Source of the DNA: Octopus bimaculoides
Lineage: Eukaryota
DNA length: 64,000 bases
Reading direction: 5' to 3'
Assembly (NCBI RefSeq): GCF_001194135.2
Contig: NC_068982.1
Span: 13,543,255-13,607,254 of the forward strand
Part shown: in pieces, positions 12,396 through 25,892 of the stretch
Position numbering within the stretch: the stretch's first letter is position 1
Layout of the letters: each line of letters begins with the position of its first letter
Notes under the pieces: model-generated
Databases searched by the model: none
The model's input: only the letters and a program-made list of their open reading frames with translations
Told to the model about the DNA's origin: nothing
Program-made: the position numbers and the translations under genes

Positions 12396-13987
12396 AAAAA
12401 AAATTATATCTTTTGAATGGCGGTGGATGAAAGAATATGCCATAGGAACTAGAGTATACATAGAAATACAAAAGATCAAAACAATGTGGCAAATAATTTG
12501 ATCAATGTATATTACTGCAGTAATTACCCATGTCGAAAATATACATTAAGCTGTCACAACGCTGACATTAATTTGCTCGCATTGAAATTTCAAAACTTTT
12601 AAGTCTTTCTCACATATTCTTTCATTAATTACGTAGTAGTATAACCAGTTTTGAACCTACCTTGCTAATATATTGACATTAAGGTTATTGCTTTCTTACT
12701 GACTGAGAAGAAAAATGTATCTGTGATATCAATTATCTTCCAGAAATTTTAAGGGTGTAAGGTGAAATGGTTACTAGTAAGAATCAAAAAGTTACAGACT
12801 TAGTTTATAAAGTGTCCACCATTATCCTTAATTGCTTTGATTGCTTAAATTGCTATAGACAATCGATATTCATCTCCGCTCTCCAGGATTCATGAGAAAA
12901 ATTTGTAGCAAACAATAGAAACGAAAGTAACATTAGAGCTATTTACTATGCTGGAGTGTATCTCCAATAAGGTGTACCAATTTACTTATATGAAATAGGT
13001 TATTAAGAGGTGTGTCTCTTTGAAAGGGACAGAGCATACAAAATTAGTGACACGATATGGTTAATTAACACCGTCAGAGCTTGACGAGAATTCCATGCTG
13101 AATATTTTTTCATATTAAAATGAAAATCTGTGAAACATATATTGGCAGAGAGCTGTATTCCTGTTAAAGTTGAAAATGATGATGGAAATAATCAAGATGA
13201 TCAGGATGATTAATTAGCCTGAAAATGGCTGGAGCTGAAATTTAATGACTCCAGTGATTATCATTTAATTATTTACACTGCATTCAGTATTTCAGTGGCT
13301 TTATAAATTAGCTAATTGTAAAGCTGTTGGGAATGTTGCTAATCTGGTGAGCAAAATGACATTTAACACATGATTTTAAGCCTAAATTCCTTATTGGTCC
13401 ATAGCCTGCCTTTCAGTGTACTTTACACTTTCAGTCATTCATTTAAGCTTGGTTATCTGAACCATACTAAATAACAAAAAAATTGTTAAACAAAGGAAGC
13501 CAGAAGATTATTGAACAGAAGTTTCTATAAATTGCTTTAATAATCTTTAAAAAATTAATATTTCTATTAGCACCAAAAGTACCAATAAAACTATAATAAT
13601 TGTGAAATGTGGTCTTTGGTAGAAGTGATTCTATGGAATATCTTTGGTTGCCTATAAGCAATTGGACAGCTAATTCCATGTCCCAATTTTCCCAAAGAAT
13701 ATTAAGCACAATAAAGAAAAACAAGAATTCTCAGGACAAAATTTTTTTTTTTTGGCTTCTTTATACTCCCATGGGTTGGAAACCAAAAGGATATCCCAGC
13801 TGGAACTTCTTATTTTTTATTTCCATTCTTTTTCTGGATTAAACCATCTTAAATTTAAATTTAAAAATTAATGTTGATTGTTACTATGTAGTCTCATATA
13901 TGCATAACTTTCTGAAATTAATATCTTAATACTTGTGCTCTAAAATATGCCAGAAATGGTAATAAATTCAACCTATCTATGGACTGT

Positions 13988-14310
13988 GAAGGTACGTGGC
14001 TTAGTGGTTAGGGCATTCCACTCACAATTGCAAGGTCGTGAGTTCAATTCCCAGCTATGCATTGTGTCCTTGAGCAAGACACTTGATTTGACATTGCTCC
14101 AGTCTACTCAACTGGCAAAAATGAGTTGTACCTGTATTTCAAAGGGCCGGCCTTGTCACACTCTGTGTCATGCTGAATCTCCCTGAGAACTATGTTAAGG
14201 GTACACATTTGTGGAGTACTCAGCCACTTGCACGTTAATTTCATGAGCAAGCTGTTCTGTTGATCAGATCAGCTGGGACCCTTGTTGTCATAACAGACGG
14301 AGTGCTCCAA
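13988..14310 (+). mobile_element. tRNA-derived SINE family D
   Basis: A box TGGCTTAGTGG and B box GAGTTCAATTCC, followed by gtgtccttgagcaagacact; body shared with 20-210. Confidence 0.75.
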
Positions 14311-14679
14311 AAAAAATCTATGGACTGCTCCTCATAAAGAACTGTGTCTTTTCTGACACTTAAAACTCTTCCTCAGGGTATTGAAGTATATTGAATGTTG
14401 AATTATAAATTTAACAGATATTAAAATTTAAATTAACTCATGCTAAATCTAAATAGTCAGTGTCACAACACTTAAACATTTAAAAGAATGCAACAGAACA
14501 GATATTCTGAATAAGAAAGGCTAAATATTGACTACATGGTAACAATTTTCAATATCAAGCATCGCATCTTAGATTTAAAAGCTTTGATTATATCGAGCAT
14601 CATAAACTTTAGACTGATTCAGGAGACTATGTGGTAATTAATAAGAAGCTTCAAAACTAATATTGTTTCTAACATAGGA

Positions 14680-15290
14680 ACAAAGCTTGAAATCGGAGTA
14701 AGGAGTAAAGTTAATCATATCAATTTCAATAGTTGTTTAACACTTTATCTTATTGACTTAGGAAGGAAGGCAAATGTTGGATGTTGGCCTTAAGTGAATT
14801 TGAACTTAGAATGTAAAGGGATGCTGCAAAGCATTTTGCCCAATGCTCTAATGATTTTGTCAAATCTACTACCTCATTGTTTAGTTGAATACATCGGCCC
14901 CAGTACTGAACTAGTACTTATTTTATCGATCACAAAAAAATGAAAGGCAAAGTCAACCTTGGTGGAATTTGAACTCAGAACATAGAAACAGACATAATGC
15001 CATGATTCTTCCAGTTCACCACCTTTTTGCTGTGACTAATATTTCTTTCTTTATCACCCACAAGGGGCTAAACATAGAGGGGACAAACAAGGACAGACAA
15101 AGGCATTAAGGGGATTACATCGACCTCAGTGCATAACTGGTACTTATTTAATCAACCCCGAAAGGATGAAAGGCAAAGTTGACCTCTGCGGAATTTGAAC
15201 TCAGAACATAACAGTAGCTGAAATACCACTAAGCATTTCAACAGGTGTGCTAATGATTCTGCCAGCTCTCCACCCTCGCTGTGACTAATA
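14680..15290 (-). mobile_element. Three consecutive copies of tRNA-derived SINE family C
   Basis: Repeated tacttatttt.atcgacc..gaaaggatgaaaggcaaagt..acct...ggaatttgaactcagaac; the best copy is ~15045-15285. Confidence 0.75.
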
Positions 15291-17199
15291 TTAATTACAA
15301 ACAAAATTATTACAGGAGTCATATGTTTAGCTCCAAAAACTATTTGTTAACCAGTATGTCAGATAGCTTTAATGACATTCCAACTCCGTAACTTCAGCAT
15401 ATTACTTTGGAGAATTACTGCTTGCTGATACTGTTGTTCAGTGTAATTTCTTCATTATAATGCATGCAGCTTTCCAATTAATAGTAATTACATTTTATAG
15501 ATTTCATATTTGTAGTTGGATTTTGAGATGAGTTCTTCTGATAATATTCATGTTAGCACAAATATCAAGGACAAAAATATGGAGAATTTATAATTAAATA
15601 TTTCTTGTTATTTTGAACAATATAGATTAAGAATACATAGAAATAAGCAAAGAGAAAATATAATTTTGAATATGTATATTTCTATGATTTTTCAATGATT
15701 TTTCAATGGATCTTTAGATTGCATTCATCCAGATTTCCACAATGAATAGCAGTTCACATATCTAAACAAGAATCACAATTCAAATTTTAATTTAGTCTAA
15801 TTTATTTAATATTGCTATCATCCAAGTTATATAAAAAAAAATGGAAATTAAGTAAAAAAAAATATAGCAAAAACACAATAATCTGTAACATTATTTTCAT
15901 GTCTTTTGATTTTAAAAGCATGTGATATCATACAAAAAATATAGAACTATGCTTTTATTTTCATTTTTGGATACTATTTCAAGAGATTTGTTTGCATTTT
16001 TTTTTTTTGAAAACAAGATTTTTATAAAAATAAAACATAATTCTGTAACTTCTTTTAAATATTTAATTTTAACAAGAAATTGGAGTTTTGTGTTAAAATC
16101 AAAATCTATACAACATATTTTAAAAGAAGATGCCTAAAGCTTCGTATCAAGAAAATAATTTGAAAAATATTAAATTTTGTAACTTAATTGTTGCTGCAGT
16201 ATTTTATTAGTCACTGTTTACTATAAATACTTTGTTAAAATGAATTCTGTTTATTGAATCAATTAGTGAAAGTTCAAATTACAAGCCACCAAATTTTAAC
16301 TTTAGGAAGACACTAATCTACATCATGATTGATAAGATTGTTTATGTCTAGAAGCAGAACTGGCTTCAATTTTTACATTCTGAACTGAAAAAAAATAGTT
16401 GCAACATTACTGCTGGGTATAGGATTAATTAAGCAAATCATATCAAGGGTATTTTGATATATGGTTCAATATGTTAAGCAAGAATCTGATTGTTTTTTTT
16501 TTTATCTACAATATTTTTATATGACTACAACTAACCCAAAACTATTAATGACTATAAAAGAAGATCAGGGAATAAGTAGAAATTTAAATCACTTCAACAG
16601 AAAAAGGAAAACATTTTTACATAGATAAAAGAATGTATGAAACAACAGGTTATTAATGAATAAAGAATATTTGTGTGAGGAAATATCAATGATCTTTCTG
16701 ATTAATTTAACTTGTGTTTCTTCATTAAATCAGGTTTCAACAGTTGAATCAATTGGACATGCTATAACAAGCATCATTAAAAGATAAATTGTAAACAATT
16801 CTGTTTGAAGAAATGCAGTACCGTGTAGATAAATGCCAACCCAGCTTATTTTCAAACATCCTTCTATACAACATTCACAAAAGTAACCAGTGTGAACGGC
16901 ATTCATCACTATGTTAGCAAAAATACAACCATGAAATTAAGTGTATTTACATTCTCATCTACGTCTATATATATTGATTATATCAAGATTTGTTTAAATT
17001 TAATTAAATAACATCTGAGAAAGCAATAAAATGATGTTCTAATTGTATGTTAACAAAACTTTAAATTAGTCGACAGAAATAAAACATGAGTTTACTTTTG
17101 AAATAATATATAAAAATTAATATGTACATTTTTATGTTCCTATATTGTTACAAAATTTATATTGTGTTCATATATTACCCATACATATTACATACATAT

Positions 17200-17355
17200 C
17201 ATCATCATCATCATCATCATCGTTTAACGTCCGCTTTCCATGCTAGCATGGGTTGGACGATTTGACTGAGGACTGGTGAAACCGGATGGCAACACCAGGC
17301 TCCAATCTAATTTGGCAGAGTTTCTACAGCTGGATGCCCTTCCTAACGCCAACCA
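17200..17355 (-). mobile_element. RTE 3' terminus
   Basis: (cat)n cgtttaacgtccgctttccatgctagcatgggttggacg...ccttcctaacgccaacc. Confidence 0.85.
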
Positions 17356-17696
17356 TATACATACACATACTTACACACAACTATGCATACATGCAATGCA
17401 CATATTACATACATATATTTCAGGTAAGTGGTGATGTACTAAATGATGTGCAGAAAACATTTTTATTCAATTGAAATTTACATTTTCATTAGAGAAAGAA
17501 AGACAAAATCTTGTGGCAATTGCTAGTGACTCTCAAAGAAAACACTTGTTATATTGAAGCCCACCTTCTCTGTCAGCCAGTCTGTGATTCTGTGATCCCA
17601 CTACACCTCTTGTGATCCTATGACATTTATATAGAACTCCTGAAAAATCCTTTACTACATATTGAGCATGACCATTTTCTTGACAGGATCCTGTCT

Positions 17697-17702
17697 TCAT
17701 TT

Positions 17703-17734
<32 letters not shown>

Positions 17735-17930
17735 TTAACGTCCGCTTTCCAAGCTGGCATGGGTTGGACGGTTTAACTGAAAACTGGTAAGCCGGAAAGC
17801 TGCACCAGGTTCCAATTGATTTGGCATGATTTATATGGCTGGTTACCCTTCCAGAGAGTAGCGAGTGCTTTTTATACATGCCACTAGCATGGGTGTCATT
17901 GACGTGATACTGGCATCAGTTACGACTATT
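17697..17930 (-). mobile_element. RTE 3' terminus (older)
   Basis: (cat)n tttaacgtccgctttccaagctggcatgggttggacgg. Confidence 0.75.
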
Positions 17931-18714
17931 TACTAATTCTTTATTCTTCACCAAATTTCCTTTAAAGTCTCTCAATTCTATATTGTCCTTTTTTTTTCCA
18001 TGTATGAATTCTCTCTTCTAATTCAACAGATTCAACTATAATAAGTAGGTTATAAGCATTTAGGAGTTCCTACAGTTGACTGATTTTAAACTCCATTGAT
18101 TTTTCTTTGGGGGACTATAAAGAATAAAAGGGGAACTGAACCCTAATACACCCCTATTTTCACTCTGGATTCATTGCTATTCTCATTGTTATTCAATGCT
18201 ATTCTCATTGTTAAACCAATTCTGGGAAGAGGGTATTTTCAAGTTAAAGGAAAGATGGAGACACATTGTGCAACAAGATGGTTCATATTTGGTTGATTAA
18301 AAATGTAATGGCAAGTATTTATTGACCTCATACTTTCCTTTAAAAATTAGCATGAACTTTCCAGACAATGCAATAGTATTATATTTGAAGGATTTTAAGT
18401 TACTTTTATCTAACAAACGTGTCCCAGAATATCAACTCGCATCTTAAAAACCCACGGTCAGGTTTTGGATTATCAGCAAATGAAGGTTCATCTATTGCTG
18501 AGCCCAGTAAAATAATTCTCTTGCAAAAGTACTTTCTAGCATTAATATTTTCTAAGGTAGCACTGCATATCAACAGTACTTCATATGAAATAACAGCAGT
18601 CAGGAGGACAATATTTGATTGAACATGTAAACAAATTAGTTGTTGGTTGGTATCAGACTAATGCCCTGAAGGGATTTGTGATTCGTCTGTTTTCTTATTT
18701 TCTAGGATTTAGTT

Positions 18715-19110
18715 CTTTGCTAAATTAACTCTAAGCCCTTTAAATCCAGACTTTGCTTCCACACCTGAAATTTATTCTCCAGTTCTGATAGTAATTCAGC
18801 TATAAGAACAAGATCATTGGCACAGATGAGCTCCTTGGGGCAGCCTGACTTAAATTCCTCTGTTATGACCTGAAGTACTATGATAAATAAGAGAGGGGCC
18901 AAAAAGTGATACCTGGTGAGCACCTACCTGTACACTGTATCCCTTGCTATACTCACTGCTGACTTTCACCCTACTGACAGTATCCCTGTATATGGCTTAT
19001 ATGGATTTCACCAACAACTCATCTATCCCCAGTTTCCACATTGCCCACCAGATAAGGGAGCGGGGGACCCTATCAAAAACTTCTCCATAGCAACAAAAGC
19101 CAACTAAAAT
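18715..19110 (-). mobile_element. RTE-clade RT remnant
   Basis: LAFVAME(K)VFDRVPRSLIWWAMWKLGIDE..., PLLFIIVLQVITEEFKSGCPKELICANDLVLIAE (cf. LLYADDLVLIAE). Confidence 0.85.
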
Positions 19111-19940
19111 ATCATTATCATTTGTGATAAATCTATTTAGAAATATAAGTAATGTGTTTTAGATATACCAATCAATATACCTACAAGGTTAAAAATCTAT
19201 GCTAATTTAAAATTAATGAATTTCATATCTAAATCCATATTGTTTTAGATAAAGTCACAAAAATAAAAAAGAAAAGAAAAAGAAACAAAAAGTGATTTTC
19301 AATTGTATCTAAGTAAATTAGTTACAGATAGTTTTAAATTTAAAAAAAATGATATGTAAAATGCAAACCTAATCCATTAATGTATCTCATGTGACAACAT
19401 AGCTTCATATCAAATTCATAATTTTTATCTAGTTTTTATACATATTTATTCTGAATTTTATTGTTTTCTTACCAAATTTTCACTGTAACCATATAACACT
19501 ATCAAAATGTAAATATATTCAGGCTATATGCATGACACTGTAATTTAAAAGTGTAATCTTAATTTTGCTTGTTGTTTATGCAATTGCTATATCCATTAGA
19601 TTCAATGATAAATAGGAACCATGATTTATTAATAATATTAGTACAAAAAAATATTACTTATAAATTCTAGTACGAAACACATTAAACACATTACTGGGGT
19701 TACTACATGGTTTGGCATGGAAGGAGGTCCATGGTGGGGATGATGATGGCTGATACAAATATAGTGATGTTCTGTGAATCCTAATCCATATCCATACAAG
19801 TTTCTTGCCTTTTCATTGTCCTTTATTCCTTTTATTATACTGTTCTATATTTTAGAGAGGAGGAATTCTGTACATTATTTATATTATTTACAGTGGACTG
19901 ATATGTGTCCTCATCAGTTCCAAGCAGTGCCTTGAATGAA

Positions 19941-19998
<58 letters not shown>

Positions 19999-20000
<2 letters not shown>

Positions 20001-20551
20001 GCCCGGATGCAGTACCAGGCAGTGGCTCTCATGGCTTCTAATCTTAACTGATTGGATGTGTTATCATGTTCAGTGTTTTGTCTTGGTATAAAAGATGGGC
20101 TACAGCAAATATTCTGCTCAATACTACAGATTTGCTTGTCAGTTGTTTGACCATAACCAGTTCAGCATGCTCCTTGGTGGCTGACGATATGTGCATCTCT
20201 GATCACGAGCAGAAATAGTGGGGGAGCATCATAGCCATGTGTTGAGAGGAATTCTTTGGGGTTTGAATAATTCACCTTTGGAAACATGGGTGTTTTGCTC
20301 AACATCCTTAAACAAACCTTATTCAGGGACCTTTTGAGCGGGATGGGCTACTTGACCTGAAGAAAATTCTAACTGGGCCTCACCTGCGAGGTCATGTGCT
20401 GTTTATCTTGGTATGAGATCACCATGTTGCGCAAATATGGTTGTGATGCATGTGCTTGGTGTACCCTTATCAGATGGGTAGTCATGATGGATATAATGGG
20501 CTTCATATATTTTACCCCAGTGTCACTTTGATGGCATGCACTGCTCTCTCA
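19999..20551 (+). mobile_element. Non-coding interspersed element E embedded between (AAT)n tracts
   Basis: (AAT)n at ~19945-19998 and ~20552-20595; a partial second copy lies at ~41995-42135. Confidence 0.65.
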
Positions 20552-20595
20552 CTCAATAATAATAATAATAATAATAATAATGATAATAATAATAA

Positions 20596-20890
20596 TGATA
20601 AGAGAATAGGAAGCCAGACAGTCTTAATTGAGAAAGGAAACAAACATAGATATATCATGCCCAGCTGACGACAAGGTATGTGATAAGAAAGAAAGAAAAC
20701 TCGAGAGATATGACAGGTTAGCTTGGGAAGTTAAGCAGTTGTGGTTGATGAAAAATGTAGCAGTAGTACCAATAACTGTCGAAGCCCTGGGAACAGTGAG
20801 CAAAAATCTTGAGAAGTACGTGGAACAAATAGGGACTGCAATAAGGGTGGAGCACTTTCAGAAAACAACACTACTTGGAACCGCTTGTTT
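20596..20890 (+). mobile_element. Restriction-like endonuclease (RLE) C-terminus of an R4/Dong-like non-LTR retrotransposon
   Basis: DKRI...VLIEKGNK / IDISCPADDKVCDKKERKLERYDRLAWEVKQLW..VAVVPITVEALGTV...QKTTLLGTA matches the RPD.V...IID..CP...KE.EK..KY..L...VPI..GALG pattern. Confidence 0.8.
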
Positions 20891-21439
20891 GTAAAGAATA
20901 AAATGTTTTGAATGTTACAACAATGTACTATAATACAAACAATGGGCTATATACCTGTTGTAATTTAACCATCCATAGTTTGATAATATTTCGGAATAAA
21001 ATTCCTTCCTAGGAATTGAAGGAGTCACTGCTATAATTGGTTTTCTAATGTTTTTTTGTTTTTTTTCTCTTTTAACAACTTCTGTGGACCCAGATTAAGA
21101 ACCAGTGTTCTAGATAGCCTGAAGCCACACACCTTTGTTTGATGGTCTGACAAACGTCAGAGAGATATGTGGTGTTACTTAGATACTGGCACAACACATT
21201 TCTCTCTGTAGATGGTCTCATACCATGCATGTCTCCTCAGATTATATGAAATTATATATCTCTCCTCAGATGGTCTCCTATCTTGGAAAGAATAAATCAT
21301 CATTGTCATTATCATCATCAACATCATCTGTGGTGTTGTTGTCATTAGCAACAGTGGTGGGGGGTGACACTGGTGGTGACAGTAATGTTGGTAGCAGCAG
21401 CGTTTTAATGTCTGATTATCCATTCTTGCTTGTGTCTGC

Positions 21440-21730
21440 AGAGAGTACATTGGGGCAGAAAACTCTAGAGCTGGATACCTTCTTTGGAACCTACCCTTAC
21501 CTGTTTCTAAGCAAGATAATACTTTCCTGGTCTGTTGAGCAACAAATAACTCAGACATTGTTACGCAGAGAACTGGAAACAAACAGTGCCTTATGACTGG
21601 TTCTTTTGTTTACAAATATTGCACATCATGTCAAAAGATGTCAAGGAGGACATGCTTCCATAGAAGACTGCACCATCCAACACCATCAGCAAACCATTGT
21701 TTGCAACCAGTGAAAACATGTGAAGATGAG
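21440..21730 (+). mobile_element. Possible very old RTE C-terminal remnant
   Basis: Weak: ISW..TN.DI.QR-like and HHVKR..EDMLP-like fragments across frames. Confidence 0.3.
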
Positions 21731-21966
21731 GGAAATATAAGTCATACAAGCACACACATGCATACACACACACACATGCATACACACACACACACATCTG
21801 TGACATGCTTGTTCCAGTTTATGCCAGCCAAATCTACTCACAAATGTTGGTTGAGCATGAGGTGTAGTGGAAGTCACTCGTCCAAGGTACCACAAGGTAG
21901 GACTGAACCCAAAACCACTTGGTTAGGAAGCTAACTTCTAAAACTTCACAAATTTGCATGTCATCC

Positions 21967-22034
<68 letters not shown>

Positions 22035-22511
22035 TTCTAATACAAGGATAAAATTTTTCAAAAAAACAAAATTTTATCAGTGGCCAGCATATTAAAATAC
22101 CTTTTAAGGTGAAAGTTATAAACAATTATAAATAAGGGCAAAAGAAAAAAAAATTATATATACCATATGTGGTTAGACAATCTAAAGTCTATTTTCAGCA
22201 TATTGGCATGCAAAATTTTTTTCTTTTGCCTTTATTTATAATTATATANNNNNNNNNNNNNNNNNNNNNNNNNNNNNNNNNNNNNNNNNNNNNNNNNNNN
22301 NNNNNNNNNNNNNNNNNNNNNNNNNNNNNNNNNNNNNNNNNNNNNNNNNNNNNNNNNNNNNNNNNNNNNNNNNNNNNNNNNNNNNNNNNNNNNNNNNNNN
22401 NNNNNNNNNNNNNNNNNNNNNNNNNNNNNNNNNNNNNNNNNNNNNNNNNNNNNNNNNNNNNNNNNNNNNNNNNNNNNNNNNNNNNNNNNNNNNNNNNNNN
22501 NNNNNNNNNNN

Positions 22512-23090
22512 GATCCCCTTCCTTCTTCCACTCGCCTCCCTCATCTTAACCCTTTAACACTTACACCCCTCCATCCTTTATCCCCCCCCCCGGCCATCTC
22601 CCATGAAGCCTGAATTATTGATGGTTGCCTCCCATCCTCTTCCATCTCTCTCCCTTTTCCATCCTTCACTAAACTTATGGTCCAGCCTCATCACTCATCC
22701 TTCCCTCTTCTGTCTTTCTACTCACTTCAATCATCATTCTATCACTCATCCTCCACTCTTTCTCTGTCTCTTCCCCTTCTCGCTGTCCTCCACCCTATGG
22801 CTTCTCTGCCAACTCAACATCCTCTCACAAAGCCCTCGCTCCTCCCCCTATACTTACCCTTATAATATGCATTAACTCTGGCCCCTCCCTGTACACAACC
22901 CACCCTATCACTCTTACCTCTCTGTCCCCCACTTTCTCATGATTCCCTGACACTATTCTCTTCCCTTTCTCCCCTTCCTTTCATGCTCAATTATGTCTCT
23001 TTTTTTCACTCTTACCACTACCACTGTCTCACAATTATAAACATATTCCTCTCATCATATTACACTCTCTTATCCCCTTTCCTAAAAACA
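22512..23090. repeat. Pyrimidine-rich (CT-rich) low-complexity tract
   Basis: About 580 bp with strongly C/T-biased plus strand. Confidence 0.7.
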
Positions 23091-23399
23091 TCACCCTCTC
23101 TCTTTTTCCTGTCCTCCTTCATTCATTAGGGCCTCTTTAGGTGATCTCACCAGGGGCTGCAATGCAACTTCACAAAAAAAAGGAAAAAGAAAAAGAAAAG
23201 AACAAGCACCCAGTACACATGGTAAAGTGGTTGGCATAAGCATCCAGCTGTAGAAACTCTGCCAAAGCAGACGCTGGAGCATGACACAGCCCTCCAACTC
23301 ATCAGACCATGTGGGACCACCAAACCCATGCCGACATTGGAAATAGATGTGAAACTTTGACAATATTGATGAGATGACGAGGATGATATAGGCACATGC

Positions 23400-23830
23400 A
23401 TTCTCACACACACACACATACAAATACACACATATAAACATACAAACACATCTGCACACACACGTATAAAGATAGAAACATATGTACACACACATATATA
23501 AACATACAAACACATATGCACACACACAGAAACATATATGCGCACACACAGACACACATATAAACATACAAGCACATATGCACACACACACACATATATA
23601 AACATAGAAACATATGCACAGGCACACACATATATAAACATACAAACATATGCACACATACATATAAACATACAAACACATATGCACACACTCACACACA
23701 TATACAAACACACACACACACACATATGCACACACACACACACACATATAAACACACACACATATATATAAACATACATATACATATGCACACATGCATG
23801 TACAAGTGCCTGCACATGAGTGTGTGTATG
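23400..23830. repeat. CA/TA-rich minisatellite, ~30-36-bp unit (acacatatataaacatacaaacacatatgcac)
   Basis: Directly visible; source of the VC/YV/HT pseudo-ORFs. Confidence 0.85.
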
Positions 23831-25892
23831 TGCCTTTGGAACCACACTATTCACAAATCAGTCAATAACCAGTCCAAATCACCATATTATGCAGACTTGA
23901 CAAAACACTTCTTGAGAAAAATTGTAGACCACCAAATAAGGAGGACTGACTTAGACCAGATTTGGTTTTAATGTCATCAAAAGGGATCAGTCGAAACTAA
24001 ATCTGAAAAAGACCCATTTATTTTCTTTTAATGTGAATATTCAGACTTATACATTGAAATTAATTAGAAATGTTCCTTTTATAAACTAAAATGTATTTGA
24101 TAACCACTCAGCTTCAATTAGATTTAAATTCACCTATAGCTTTCCATTTTGAAATCTAAAACTTTAATTTATTTTTTAAATTATAATATTTATACTTTGA
24201 TGAATTATAACAAAGATTAATTCTCTTTTAACTTCACGAAGAAAATATTATCTCTGTTGGCAATTTGTCAACACTTCAATGTAATTTGATTTGATTTTGT
24301 AAAACTAAATATATTGTTTTGATCTCTTCAAACCTATAAATTTCATTACAAGATATATACATTTAAATGTGTTAGCAAAGCAATTTGAAAGAGATTTGTC
24401 TCTAATGGAAACTGAATTAGTAAACAATCTGTTTTTCTTTTATTTTACAACTTAATGAAAATTGATAAGATGATCATTTGAAAGGTTTACACATAAGAAC
24501 TAATGTTAGTTATAATTTTGCTGGTTTACACTTTTTGTTTGTTTGTCCAACAGAATGCTATATCATTCAGATAATTAGAGCAAATTTTTATAGCAGGAAT
24601 CAAAATATATCTGTTTCCATACATTACTTCTCTAGAATAGTTTTTGGTAAATCAGATTGTGACTTGTTCCATTACATATTTTCTTCACGTATATTCTTCA
24701 TGTATATTCTTCACTAATTCAAAGACTATTATATTTTTGAACATTCAAAACTACTATTTTCCCTTTGCTAAATGGTCTTTTTCCTCTCCAAAGAATTTTT
24801 TCTTGCTTTGTCTTTAATCTATTTTAAGATTTCTCCCTCTGGCATCTATTTTCACTTTCCTGCTTTTTCTGTTTTCTCTTTCGTATGTGTGTATCTGTGT
24901 GTGTGTGTGTGTGTGCATGTGTTTTTGGGAGAGTGTGGACGTGCTGCTTAACATATAAAACTGGAAAGCCAGAAATTAAATCTTTTATCTATGGAAGGGA
25001 TAAGGCAATTATATGATATCAGAAACTATGAAAGAAGAAAGGTTTGCATCACCGAAATTTCTTTTAAATCAATGAATAAACGCTCCAGAAAATATAATAA
25101 ACATTTCCTTCATCCTTTTGAATCAATAAGCTATATGGCTTTAGTAGTTTCAAAAAGTAATTGATCATGCTATTGATAACAATAACATTTCACCGTCAAA
25201 TGTATGTCCATTAAATAAACGAGCACTCTAAAGTGTTTCTTCTACCTCTTATAGGAAAGATAAAAGAGAGATCTTTTTTATACTATGTATAGTTTCAAAA
25301 TGTATGAAATAGATATTTAATGTTTTTTAATTATTATATAAAAAAATGAAGCATATTGATAAGTTTAGAAAGTTCACCAAAAGCATTCTGAAGATGCTAA
25401 TCTAATTTCCCAGCCATATAATGAAATATCTATTTGATGAAAATACCAGGAAGTTTTCTGAGATTCTTTTCTTTTGTCTTGACACATCAAAATAAATGTA
25501 ATTCCTCTCTACATTAGCATAGCTGGAATTTAAAAGGCCATCCAATCATAAAATTCTAGCTCTAATCAAATACAGACAGAATCAATAAATGCATACCGTA
25601 TGTATAGGATTGGCAAGTCAAATCTAACACTGCACAGTGTGTATGTTGCATGCAACCATTATTACAACATAATAAATAATATCTGATGTAAACTACATTG
25701 TTAAGGATGCAGAAAATATAATTCTTTTAGCAATAATTTCTAGATTTATATTCATATATTCTGTAAAATAGATTAATCTGTACATTGGGTATCACCATCT
25801 GATCTGTAATGAAAATCAACATTTAACGGCTTAGTAAGTGCTAAGGAAAGTCACATTTGAGGAACAGAACCACCATACTAAACTACACTGCT

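Noticed and set aside
13467-13842. Overlapping 77-85 aa ORFs on both strands
   Set aside because: No splice signals or recognisable motifs; AT-biased composition.
16734-16787. AG-preceded frame VSTVESIGHAITSIIKR* resembling a terminal exon
   Set aside because: Short, no recognisable homology, no upstream partner exon.
18360-18700. Unique, coding-looking stretch next to the RTE remnant
   Set aside because: No long open frame with splice signals and no recognisable TE or protein motif; it may be an old TE but cannot be assigned.
23091-23971. VC/YV/HT-rich ORFs up to 235 aa, and similar ones at 38423, 52009-52454, 54505 and 57958-58379
   Set aside because: Translations of CA/TA/GT microsatellites.
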